A stretch of DNA of 64,000 bases from an uncultured Bacteroidales bacterium. GTDB taxonomy: Bacteria > Bacteroidota > Bacteroidia > Bacteroidales > Salinivirgaceae. A program made the translations under genes and the position numbers. The notes beneath the pieces are model-generated. The model ran no database searches. It had not been told where the DNA came from and worked only from the letters and a program-made list of their open reading frames with translations. Of this stretch, positions 1 through 8,483 are shown piece by piece. How positions within the stretch are numbered: the first letter of the stretch is position 1; each line of letters begins with the position of its first letter. Location of the stretch: assembly GCA_964413185.1 (NCBI GenBank), contig CAYPSX010000001.1, positions 2,883-66,882 on the forward strand. Direction: 5' to 3'.

Positions 1-2
1 AA

Positions 3-347
3 ATTGTAAGCTTAGATGAAATACTTGATATCTTTTTCACTATTCACGACCCCACGCAAAAAAACCGTCAGGGAGCCGATGTGGGAACGCAATATCGCTC
101 TGCGATTTATTATTCAGACCCTGCAGACCGCCAAATAATCGATGAAAGCATCGAAAAGCTAAACAAAAGCGACCGTTTCGAAAAAGATGCCGTGACTGAA
201 GTAAAACCGTTAGATACGTTTTACAAAGCCGAAGTGAGCCATCAGGATTACTACGAAAAAAATGAATTTGCGCCTTATTGCAGTTATACTATCAAACCCA
301 AAGTACGAAAATTTAAAAGCAAGTTTCCGGGTTTAATTGAGCGGTAG
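3..347 (+). CDS. msrA: Peptide-methionine (S)-S-oxide reductase, 5' truncated by the window edge
   Basis: The frame is open from base 3: IFFTIHDPTQKNRQGADVGTQYRSAIYY...FYKAEVSHQDYY, which are MsrA motifs. The ORF-track GTG at 81 is internal. Confidence 0.93.
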   Translation: MVSLDEILDIFFTIHDPTQKNRQGADVGTQYRSAIYYSDPADRQIIDESIEKLNKSDRFEKDAVTEVKPLDTFYKAEVSHQDYYEKNEFAPYCSYTIKPKVRKFKSKFPGLIER

Positions 348-427
348 AGGCTGTTATACTGCGAGATAAAGGTTTTGTTCTAAGATTTTGAAAACCAGCA
401 TGATGAAACCACATGTTATTTTGTCCA

Positions 428-467
428 CAAAAAGCAAAGGCTGCCTTTTCAGACAGCCTTTGTTTTT
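428..467. terminator. Bidirectional intrinsic terminator
   Basis: Stem CAAAGGCTG (435-443) / CAGCCTTTG (454-462), flanked by A and T runs, between convergent genes. Confidence 0.75.
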
Positions 468-470
468 ATA

Positions 471-920
471 CTATTTTTTGATTTTTGCCAGTTTTGCCTT
501 GGCTTCTACTGTTGTAACTTTATAAATAAATCCAAGTCCAATGGGCTTTTTATCGGTTTTTACGAATGACGGATAAAAAACCACATCGTACCCACTGTTT
601 TTCGACATCATATCGTATAGGGCATAATTATACGTTGGATCCATAACGTAATTACCAATTACAGGAATAGCTGCCAGGTCTATCATTTCAGCATTTCCGT
701 CTTTTTTCACAGATGTTGCTTCTTTTTTAAACAAACGCGCCCAATCGATACCTAAAATTCTTGTTGTGGTGGCTGTTCCGGTTACCTGCTGAGAGAACTC
801 AAAGTCATCTTTCTGAAATTCTACCCTTGAATTGGGTTCACGCATAACTTGATGCGTAGCACTACAACTCGAAAATAAAATGGCTATTACCATTACATAA
901 AAAACATGTTTAATCTTCAT
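471..920 (-). CDS. Lipoprotein of unknown function
   Basis: Signal peptide ending in lipobox FSSC (Cys19). A TATCTTTG promoter element lies upstream. Confidence 0.7.
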   Translation of the reverse strand: MKIKHVFYVMVIAILFSSCSATHQVMREPNSRVEFQKDDFEFSQQVTGTATTTRILGIDWARLFKKEATSVKKDGNAEMIDLAAIPVIGNYVMDPTYNYALYDMMSKNSGYDVVFYPSFVKTDKKPIGLGFIYKVTTVEAKAKLAKIKK

Positions 921-962
921 AATAAAAAATTTTAGTGAATAATTCCATTAAAATAAGTCGCA

Positions 963-970
963 CAAAGATA
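963..970 (-). promoter_or_regulatory. Bacteroidota sigma-A -7 element (TATCTTTG)
   Basis: Matches TAnnTTTG, about 40 nt upstream of the lipoprotein start. Confidence 0.6.
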
Positions 971-1132
971 GAAATATTGAAAACAGAATAGCCAATATTT
1001 GCGAATTTTACTCTTTATTATAACTAAGCAACTGATTGACAGGGCTTTTTTTAAATCTTTTCCGGAACACAGTAATAGAAAGTTATTCAATTGGGATTAC
1101 AGAATTATTTCCAAAAAAAATTCCCATCCGGA

Positions 1133-1161
1133 TGTAACCTTTTGTAAATTTACAGATACTC
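1133..1161 (+). promoter_or_regulatory. Possible ECF-type promoter of the sigma operon, with an embedded palindrome
   Basis: TGTAAC at 1133-1138, perfect palindrome TGTAAATTTACA at 1143-1154, ACTC at 1158-1161. The spacing differs from the two CGTC-type sites. Confidence 0.35.
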
Positions 1162-1179
1162 CTAACAGAACCCGGAAAA

Positions 1180-1710
1180 ATGCATACACAAACCACTACA
1201 GACGAAAAATTGATGCTAAACGTCAAAAATGGCGATCTGGACGCTTTAGCGCCGCTCTTTGAAAAGTATAATGTGCAGTTGTACAATTTTTTCCTTCGTT
1301 TATGTAAATGTAAAGCAACAAGCGAAGATCTTACACAAAATGTATTTCAGCGCATTATAAAATATCGCAGCTCTTTTAGATCAGATTCGCGGTTTCGGCC
1401 CTGGGTTTTTCAGATTGCCCGCAATGTTTTGGCATCGCATTTCAGGTCGAACCCTCAAAAAGTAGAATTTAAGGAAGTTGAAGAGCTTGCAGAAGAAGAA
1501 ACAGATTCAACTGCGGTTCAAGACAAAACGCTTTTTCTGGCTTTGAAACAACTAAGCAAAGAAGAGCAACAAATAATTGAGCTATCGAGGTTTCAGGGAT
1601 TGAAATACAAAGAAATATCTGCCATTACCGGGAATAGCGAGTCGGCAGTTAAAGTAAAAGTACACAGAGCCATACAAAAATTACGCAAACACTATTTTGC
1701 AACCACTTAA
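1180..1710 (+). CDS. ECF RNA polymerase sigma factor (sigma-70 family)
   Basis: Region 2 (SEDLTQNVF, FRPWVFQIARN) and region 4 (LKYKEISAITGNSESAVKVKVHRA); 176 aa. Confidence 0.93.
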   Translation: MHTQTTTDEKLMLNVKNGDLDALAPLFEKYNVQLYNFFLRLCKCKATSEDLTQNVFQRIIKYRSSFRSDSRFRPWVFQIARNVLASHFRSNPQKVEFKEVEELAEEETDSTAVQDKTLFLALKQLSKEEQQIIELSRFQGLKYKEISAITGNSESAVKVKVHRAIQKLRKHYFATT

Positions 1711-1721
1711 AACACACGATT

Positions 1722-2522
1722 ATGAATTGCAATCAAGTACAAAATAAAATCATCGATTATATCGATAAAAATCTTCCTGAACATGAAATGCAGGAAGTAG
1801 AAAAACACCTTGATCAATGCGAGAATTGCAGAGATGCTGTTATTGAAACCGGTAAATTATTTCAGTCCATTGAGAAAAATGAAGACGAAAACCCTTCACC
1901 AACCTTAAAAGACAACTTTTATCAAATGCTGGAGCAGGAAAAAGCTGCGCAAAATACCGAAACGCGACCACAAACCGGTAAAACAAAACATCTTTTTAAC
2001 CGGTCGTCGCTTGCCATTGCAGCACAAATTGTACTGTTGCTCGGCCTTGGATTTCTGGGCGGATATTTTGCCAACAACTCAGGTGGAAACGAAGCTCAAA
2101 TAGCTGCACTTCAGCAGCAGGTTAATCAACTTAGTCAGAATTTGCATTATACATCGCTGAACAAACCAACAGCAAGCCAGCGCATTAAAGCCATCAACTC
2201 TATTCAAACAACTAACAGTTTGCCCAATGAGAAAATGATTGATGCACTCATCAATACAATGAATACGGATGATAATGTAAATGTACGACTTACAGCAATC
2301 TATGCTCTAAGCGATTACAGTAATTCGCCTAAAGTAAAAGATGCATTAATTGAATCTCTCGAAAAACAAACAGACCCTATTTTACAAATCACCCTGATCA
2401 ACATGGTGGCCGGGCTCAATAATGAAAAAAGCCGCGAAGTAATGCGCGACATTATTGAAAACGATAATACAAATGAACAGGTAAAAGATCATGCAAAACA
2501 GACACTTAACGTAAGTATTTAA
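1722..2522 (+). CDS. Anti-sigma factor: zf-HC2 zinc finger, TM helix, periplasmic HEAT-repeat domain
   Basis: HLDQCENC (HxxxCxxC), one TM segment (LAIAAQIVLLLGLGFLGGYF) and HEAT-like repeats (DDNVNVRLTAIYAL, DPILQITLINMV). Lies directly after the ECF gene. Confidence 0.85.
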   Translation: MNCNQVQNKIIDYIDKNLPEHEMQEVEKHLDQCENCRDAVIETGKLFQSIEKNEDENPSPTLKDNFYQMLEQEKAAQNTETRPQTGKTKHLFNRSSLAIAAQIVLLLGLGFLGGYFANNSGGNEAQIAALQQQVNQLSQNLHYTSLNKPTASQRIKAINSIQTTNSLPNEKMIDALINTMNTDDNVNVRLTAIYALSDYSNSPKVKDALIESLEKQTDPILQITLINMVAGLNNEKSREVMRDIIENDNTNEQVKDHAKQTLNVSI

Positions 2523-2552
2523 TACCGTTATTAACCAATAAAACCTTAAATT

Positions 2553-3350
2553 ATGAAAAACTTAGTAATTACAATCGGCCTCATTCTGGCCACAACATTC
2601 GCAGCAAACAAACTTGTTGCGCAAACATTTACTATCGAAAAAGGCACATCAGAAATAGTGAACATTAAACAAGTGCCGGGAAAAATTAACGTTACCGAGC
2701 ACGATGGAAAGACCATAAAAGTAGTGGCCACCAACTTTAAAAAGGAGAAGGCGCCTGAAAAGGCCAAAGGACTGAAACAAATTAATGCCAATGGTGAAGA
2801 CAATACCGGCATTGGCCTGGAAGTGAACAAAACAGGTGAGGAAATTTCCTTTCACTGCCTAGACCACAATGGAAGTGGAAGTACTTATCAATTTAGTATT
2901 CCCAAAGGCATGAGCGTAAAAATAGACAACAACAGCCCCTTTGTAAGAGGAGATGTTTTTGTTAATGGATTCAGCGGCGACCTGGAAATAAACACAATGA
3001 ACCAGGATATAACCATGAAAAATGTAACAGGTCCTTTGACCATAAAAACGATGAATGGCAACATTAACACTGTTTTTAAAGAGGTAAACCAAACGGCTCC
3101 GGTTACGATTACCTCCATGAACAGTGAATTGGATATTTCATTGCCTGCGAACACGCCGGCCGATATAAGTTTAAGTAGCATGACAGGCAAAATTTTCAGT
3201 GACTTCGACATCGACTTTAATCAAAAAGAGAAAGAAAACGGTCTGCACTACATCGGTGGTGGCAGTCAATTAAAAGGAAAAATCAATGGCGGTGGCGTAA
3301 AAATTATGCTCAAATCAATGAACGACAATATCTACCTACGCAAAAAATAA
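2553..3350 (+). CDS. DUF4097-like beta-strand repeat exported protein
   Basis: Signal peptide; repeats LEINTMNQDI / LTIKTMNGNI / VTITSMNSEL / ISLSSMTGKI; ends GGGVKIMLKSMNDNIYLRKK. Confidence 0.75.
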   Translation: MKNLVITIGLILATTFAANKLVAQTFTIEKGTSEIVNIKQVPGKINVTEHDGKTIKVVATNFKKEKAPEKAKGLKQINANGEDNTGIGLEVNKTGEEISFHCLDHNGSGSTYQFSIPKGMSVKIDNNSPFVRGDVFVNGFSGDLEINTMNQDITMKNVTGPLTIKTMNGNINTVFKEVNQTAPVTITSMNSELDISLPANTPADISLSSMTGKIFSDFDIDFNQKEKENGLHYIGGGSQLKGKINGGGVKIMLKSMNDNIYLRKK

Positions 3351-3357
3351 ACCCCAC

Positions 3358-3386
3358 GCAGCCTGATGCTTCATCGGGCTGCTTTT
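3358..3386 (+). terminator. Terminator-like hairpin between the two DUF4097 genes
   Basis: 11-bp stem GCAGCCTGATG / CATCGGGCTGC with one G-U pair, followed by TTTT. Confidence 0.55.
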
Positions 3387-3425
3387 CATTAAACCCTACG
3401 AGTAAAACCTTTAAAACCTAAAAAA

Positions 3426-4106
3426 ATGAAAAACTTAATTATTCTTACCGTAGCAATGCTGATGGGCTTAACTCTGGCAGCACAAAAAAATGTAGAAGTA
3501 CGTGAATCTACAAACAAAACGGATCGCATAATTCTTGATTTCCAATTTGCAGACAATATTGACATTAAATCGTGGAGCAAAAGTGAAGTGTACGTAAAAG
3601 TTTCAGTTAACATCAATGACAACGAAGACAACGACAAATATCGTTTGGAAGCCCGGCGGACAGGTTCGGGTATTGAAATTACTGAAAATATTGATGACAT
3701 GGACGAAATTGGTAAAGAACGAACGGTGTACGATGAGGAAAATGGTACAACCACATACAATGGTCGCCATATCGACATGAAACTGGAATACACCGTTTAT
3801 GTTCCGTCGAACATTACGGTAAAAACCGAAACAATCAGCGGGAATATTAAAGCCAGTGGTCTCATTGGCGCGATGGAACTGAAAAGCATTAGTGGCGACG
3901 TTGATTTATATTGGGGCAAAAATGCCGGCGCAGACTTGGAATTAAAAACCATTTCAGGGAAAATGTTCACCGATTTTGACATCAACACCAGCAAAAAAGG
4001 GAAATTCGCCTACTTTCCACATAATTTAAGCACTCGTTTAAATGGAGGAGGCAATAATGTTGAATTAAACACAATTAGCGGTAATATTTACCTAAGAAAA
4101 AAGTAA
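3426..4106 (+). CDS. DUF4097-like beta-strand repeat exported protein, paralog 2
   Basis: Signal peptide; repeats VKTETISGNI / MELKSISGDV / LELKTISGKM; ends GGGNNVELNTISGNIYLRKK. Confidence 0.75.
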   Translation: MKNLIILTVAMLMGLTLAAQKNVEVRESTNKTDRIILDFQFADNIDIKSWSKSEVYVKVSVNINDNEDNDKYRLEARRTGSGIEITENIDDMDEIGKERTVYDEENGTTTYNGRHIDMKLEYTVYVPSNITVKTETISGNIKASGLIGAMELKSISGDVDLYWGKNAGADLELKTISGKMFTDFDINTSKKGKFAYFPHNLSTRLNGGGNNVELNTISGNIYLRKK

Positions 4107-4134
4107 AACCAAAATAGGTTCTAACTGATTTTAT

Positions 4135-4177
4135 AAAAGATGAGGGTTTCATTTTAAACGGAACCCTCATCTTTTTT
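4135..4177. terminator. Bidirectional intrinsic terminator
   Basis: Perfect 14-bp stem AAAAGATGAGGGTT / AACCCTCATCTTTT between convergent genes. Confidence 0.85.
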
Positions 4178-4194
4178 CATTAATTTTTAGCATC

Positions 4195-5205
4195 TCATTC
4201 AAACACAACAAACACTGGAAAGTGGTCGGAATAACCCCACAAATAGAGCGTGCCTGCATGTGTACGTAACGGGTGATCTTTATATTTGCCCTTTTTTACG
4301 CGAATGTGCTCATCATCATACAAAATTGACTTTTTGAATGAAAGGCCTTTTTCGTCTAACAGCGGTTTGGAAATCAGAATTTGATCGAAAACATACCATG
4401 TGTCCCGATAACAGAGTGTGCCCTTTTTATTCGGGTTCAATTTGTTGGCCAATGGGTTGTAGTAAGTATAATCATCTAAATTCTCTTTGTTTCCTGTGGC
4501 TTTCATAACTTCTGTGATACTTCTGTTGGCCGGATTGTCGTTAAAATCGCCCATGATGATGAGGTTGGCATCTTTTTCGGCTTTTTTTACTGAATCGGCA
4601 ATGTGTTTACACAATTTAGCTGCAGCAATTCGTCGCGGTTCACTTTTTTCCGGTCCGCCACGGCGCGATGGCCAATGGTTTACGATAATATGAACTTTTT
4701 CGCCATTCAGTTTTCCTGATACGAGTAGTTGATCGCGTGTATGATAATCCTCGCCGGGAAAATGAAGTGTATAGGTTGCTGAATTGATAACCTCAAAAAA
4801 ATCTTTTCTGTAAAGCAGCGCGACATCAATTCCCCGATGATCGGGCGAATCGTAGTGCACAATATCGTACCCTGCCTGATCAATAGGTTTGGTTTGGATG
4901 AGATCTTCGAGAACGCGGCGGTTTTCAACTTCGCAAACACCGAGAATAGCCGGACCGTGTTGTTTTTCATCGCCATCGAGTTTGTCGATTACGTAGGCAA
5001 GATTATTGAGTTTTCGCCCATAGCGTTCAGAGTTCCAAATTTTGCCGCCTCCGGGAGTCCAGGCAAAATCGCCGGGCATATCGGAATCCAGCGTATCAAA
5101 TAAATTCTCAAGGTTGTAAAATGCCACTGAATATGACTGTTTTTCCTGGGCATAAACCAGACCGGAAAATAGTAAAATTGTTAAAATTATAGATATTCGC
5201 TTCAT
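4195..5205 (-). CDS. Exported endonuclease/exonuclease/phosphatase (EEP) family protein
   Basis: Signal peptide; AFYNLENLFD, GVCEVEN, NHWPSR, IMGDFND, FDQILIS and YSDHFPV motifs. Confidence 0.88.
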   Translation of the reverse strand: MKRISIILTILLFSGLVYAQEKQSYSVAFYNLENLFDTLDSDMPGDFAWTPGGGKIWNSERYGRKLNNLAYVIDKLDGDEKQHGPAILGVCEVENRRVLEDLIQTKPIDQAGYDIVHYDSPDHRGIDVALLYRKDFFEVINSATYTLHFPGEDYHTRDQLLVSGKLNGEKVHIIVNHWPSRRGGPEKSEPRRIAAAKLCKHIADSVKKAEKDANLIIMGDFNDNPANRSITEVMKATGNKENLDDYTYYNPLANKLNPNKKGTLCYRDTWYVFDQILISKPLLDEKGLSFKKSILYDDEHIRVKKGKYKDHPLRTHAGTLYLWGYSDHFPVFVVFE

Positions 5206-5257
5206 AATGGTATGTTTATCTGAGTTGTATTTAGTGTTTAAATAAATGAACTTTTTT

Positions 5258-8017
5258 TTAATGAGCTTCTAACCAATCTTGCCCGGTCTTTATATCGACT
5301 TTCATTTTTACGTTAAGTGAAATTGCATTTTGCATTGATTCTAATACAATTGCCTTCACTTTTTCTTCTTCATCTTTATGCGTATCGACAATCACCTCAT
5401 CATGCACCTGCATAATCATGCGGCTTTTCAGGTTTTCTTCCCGCAGTTTTTCATGGATTTTTACCATAGCCACTTTTATCATGTCTGCCGATGAGCCCTG
5501 AATAGGTGCGTTAATGGCATTTCGCTCTGCAGCGCCCCTCACCGTTCGGTTGGCAGAATTGATATCGGGCAAAAAGCGTTTGCGACCCATGATGGTTTCT
5601 GCGTAGCCTTTTTCTTTTGCTTTTGAAATGCTTTCATCCATATATTCTTTTACTTGCGGATATGTTTCAAAATAACTGTCGATCAGTTTTTTGGCTTCTT
5701 TGTTCGAAATTCCCGTATTCTGCGATAAGCCGTAGGCTGAAATGCCGTAAATGATGCCAAAATTAACGCCTTTGGCTTGGCCTCGCTGTTCGCGGGTAAC
5801 ATCTTCGGGTTTTACACCAAAAAGTTTTGAAGCGGTCATTTGGTGAATGTCCTCATCGTTTTCAAAAGCATCGAGCATGGCTTTATCCTGACTTAAATGG
5901 GCCATAATTCGAAGTTCAATTTGGCTGTAATCGGCTGCCAGCAGCACATGATCATCATCGCCGGGAATAAATGCTTTGCGAATAATTTTACCTTTTTCGT
6001 CGCGAATGGGAATATTTTGCAAATTTGGATTGGTGCTACTCAGCCGGCCTGTACTGGTAACGGCCTGGTTGTATGATGTGTGTATGCGTCCGGTTTTATT
6101 GTTGACCAGTTTAGGTAGTGCCTCAACATAAGTATTTAGAAGTTTACTCAAGCCGCGAAATTCAAGTATTGCCGGAATAATTTCATGTTTGTCGGCCAGT
6201 TTTTCGAGCACTTCTTCGCCTGTAGCGTATTGTTTTGTTTTGGTGCGCTTGGGTTTATCCGTAACTTTTAATTTTTCGAAAAGCACTTCGCCAAGTTGTT
6301 TCGGAGATGCAATATTAAATTCGGTTCCGGCGATCTTATGAATTTGCCCTTCAAGCTTAATGAGTTCTTTCCTAAGTTCTTCAGCAATTTCATTTAAAGC
6401 TTCACTGTCGATTGTAACGCCATAGTATTCCATATCAGCCAAAACCATGCAAAGCGGCATTTCTACTTCGGTAAAAAGCTTTTCAAGATCGAACTTTTTG
6501 AGTTTTTCTTCGAGCAGTGGTTTAAGTTGCCATGTAATATCTGCATCTTCGCAAGCATAATCTTTTACTTTTTCAGGATTCAGTTGCGCCATGCTCATTT
6601 GATTTTTACCTTTTTTCCCGATGATTTCCTCTGTGGAAATTTTTCGGTAATTCAAATAGCTTTTGGCTATTGCATCAATGTTGTGGGCTAGCTCGGGTTG
6701 AATTAGATAATGCGCCAACATGGTATCGAAAAGATTCGTGCGAATATCCACATCATACCGGCGCATCACTAACATATCGTATTTAATATTTTGTGCGACA
6801 ATTAATTTGGAATCGTCTTCAAGTATTGGTTTAAATAGTTTAATAATATCACCTAATTCCTGCTCGTTATTTTTTACGCTCACATAAAAAGCTTTGCGTT
6901 TTTCCCAGGCAAACGACATACCCACAAGTTCAGCTTGCAGCGGCTTGGCAGAGGTTGTTTCAGTGTCGAAAGCAAATGCTTTCTGTTTTTTTAGTTCTTC
7001 GGCCAATTTCTCACACTCGTCTTTGGTGGTGAGTAGTTTATAATCTACATCCACTTTGTCGAACGATTCAAAATTATCTTCAGGTTCCTCATCTTTTTCT
7101 GCAGCACCGAAAAGTGTACCCTGGGCTCCAACTGCTTCAGCTTTATCGGGGAAAATGCGCTTTTTAACGTTGCGAAACTCCAATTCATTCAATAATTCTT
7201 CCAGCTTTTCTTCATTGGGGTCTTTACGTTCCAAATCGCTGTAATCCTGGTCAATGGGAACATCAACATTAATCGTCACCAATTTTTTGGAAAGATATAC
7301 CTGGTCTTTATTTTCTACGAGTTTCTCTTTTTGTTTTCCTTTCAGGTCGTCGATATTTTCGTACAATCCCTCGACTGTACCATATTTTGCAACTAATTTC
7401 CTTGCAGTTTTTTCGCCAATGCCCGGGGCGCCCGGTATATTGTCAGAAGTATCGCCCCATAGCGCCAAAATATCTATAACCTGCTCAGGATTATCTATTC
7501 CATATTTACTTGTAATTTCTTCAACGCCCAAAATATCAATTCCCTGACCGAAACGTTTGGGTTTATACATTTTGATATTCTCACTTACAAGCTGGCCATA
7601 ATCTTTATCAGGTGTCATCATAAATACCTCTACGCCATTATTTTCTAAACGTTTGGCTAAAGTGCCGATTACATCATCAGCTTCATATCCTTTTTGCTCG
7701 ATGAGGGGAATATTCATGGCTTCGATGAGTTTGCGGATATACGGAATATTTATCCGGATATCTTCGGGCATCTCTTCCCGTGTGGCTTTATATTCTTTGT
7801 ACATTTCGTGCCTGAATGTGGGGGCACTTACATCGAAAACTACGGCCACATGGTCGGGATTTTCGTTTTTGAGCAATTCAAGCAAAATATTCATAAACCC
7901 GAACGAAGCGGAAGTATTCATTCCTTTGCTGTTAATTCGCGGGTTTTTAATAAATGCGAAATATGATCTATAAATCAACGCATAAGCATCGAGTAGGAAA
8001 AGCTTTGGTTTAGACAT
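5258..8017 (-). CDS. polA: DNA polymerase I
   Basis: 5'-3' exonuclease (LLDAYALIYR), 3'-5' exonuclease (FDTETT), motif A (ADYSQIELR), motif B (AKGVNFGIIYG) and motif C (QVHDE). Confidence 0.98.
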   Translation of the reverse strand: MSKPKLFLLDAYALIYRSYFAFIKNPRINSKGMNTSASFGFMNILLELLKNENPDHVAVVFDVSAPTFRHEMYKEYKATREEMPEDIRINIPYIRKLIEAMNIPLIEQKGYEADDVIGTLAKRLENNGVEVFMMTPDKDYGQLVSENIKMYKPKRFGQGIDILGVEEITSKYGIDNPEQVIDILALWGDTSDNIPGAPGIGEKTARKLVAKYGTVEGLYENIDDLKGKQKEKLVENKDQVYLSKKLVTINVDVPIDQDYSDLERKDPNEEKLEELLNELEFRNVKKRIFPDKAEAVGAQGTLFGAAEKDEEPEDNFESFDKVDVDYKLLTTKDECEKLAEELKKQKAFAFDTETTSAKPLQAELVGMSFAWEKRKAFYVSVKNNEQELGDIIKLFKPILEDDSKLIVAQNIKYDMLVMRRYDVDIRTNLFDTMLAHYLIQPELAHNIDAIAKSYLNYRKISTEEIIGKKGKNQMSMAQLNPEKVKDYACEDADITWQLKPLLEEKLKKFDLEKLFTEVEMPLCMVLADMEYYGVTIDSEALNEIAEELRKELIKLEGQIHKIAGTEFNIASPKQLGEVLFEKLKVTDKPKRTKTKQYATGEEVLEKLADKHEIIPAILEFRGLSKLLNTYVEALPKLVNNKTGRIHTSYNQAVTSTGRLSSTNPNLQNIPIRDEKGKIIRKAFIPGDDDHVLLAADYSQIELRIMAHLSQDKAMLDAFENDEDIHQMTASKLFGVKPEDVTREQRGQAKGVNFGIIYGISAYGLSQNTGISNKEAKKLIDSYFETYPQVKEYMDESISKAKEKGYAETIMGRKRFLPDINSANRTVRGAAERNAINAPIQGSSADMIKVAMVKIHEKLREENLKSRMIMQVHDEVIVDTHKDEEEKVKAIVLESMQNAISLNVKMKVDIKTGQDWLEAH

Positions 8018-8038
8018 CTTTAATATTTTTATTCATAA

Positions 8039-8482
8039 TTAAGCATTATCACTTGCATACCATTCGGCATAGCTGGTAGCAGTTTCATATAGTTTTATGC
8101 TGTGTACGGTAATTCCTTCGGGCAGGCGCTTGTTAATTTTCATTGCATAATCGGCTACCAGGTTTTCACATGTTGGCTGGTACGGACTTGCAATGATATT
8201 TTCGAACAAGCGTTTCATTTCTTCCAACCGTTCGTCGTTCTCAGCAACCACAACAGCATGATCGTAAAGGTTTATTATTTCCTCGTTGACCAGTTTTTTT
8301 AGTTGTCCAAAATCCATGAGCATGCCATGTTTGGGACTGTTTATGTCGTTAATTGGCTCGCCAATTATGGTAACATATAATTTGTAAGAGTGGCCGTGAA
8401 TATTGCGGCATGGCCCATCGTAATGGCGCAGTGCGTGAGCCATTTCAAAACTGAATTCTTTTGTAAGACGTATTTTATTCAT
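8039..8482 (-). CDS. queD: 6-carboxy-5,6,7,8-tetrahydropterin synthase
   Basis: FEMAHAL, CRNIHGHSY, PTCEN and LYETATSYA motifs. The start is reassigned to ATG 8482 (MNKIRLTKEF). Confidence 0.92.
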   Translation of the reverse strand: MNKIRLTKEFSFEMAHALRHYDGPCRNIHGHSYKLYVTIIGEPINDINSPKHGMLMDFGQLKKLVNEEIINLYDHAVVVAENDERLEEMKRLFENIIASPYQPTCENLVADYAMKINKRLPEGITVHSIKLYETATSYAEWYASDNA

Positions 8483-8483
8483 A

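Noticed and set aside
999-1286. ORFs 999..1262 (+) and 1083..1286 (-), plus the many short ORFs antisense to or nested in polA, atpA, atpD, typA and others
   Set aside because: They are shadow frames of well-supported genes or span promoter regions, and have no recognisable motifs.
637-1643. Inferring R-M specificity from site avoidance
   Set aside because: GGATC (637), GATC (1327) and GAGTC (1639) all occur readily. No depletion can be judged by eye, and methylated host sites need not be avoided.
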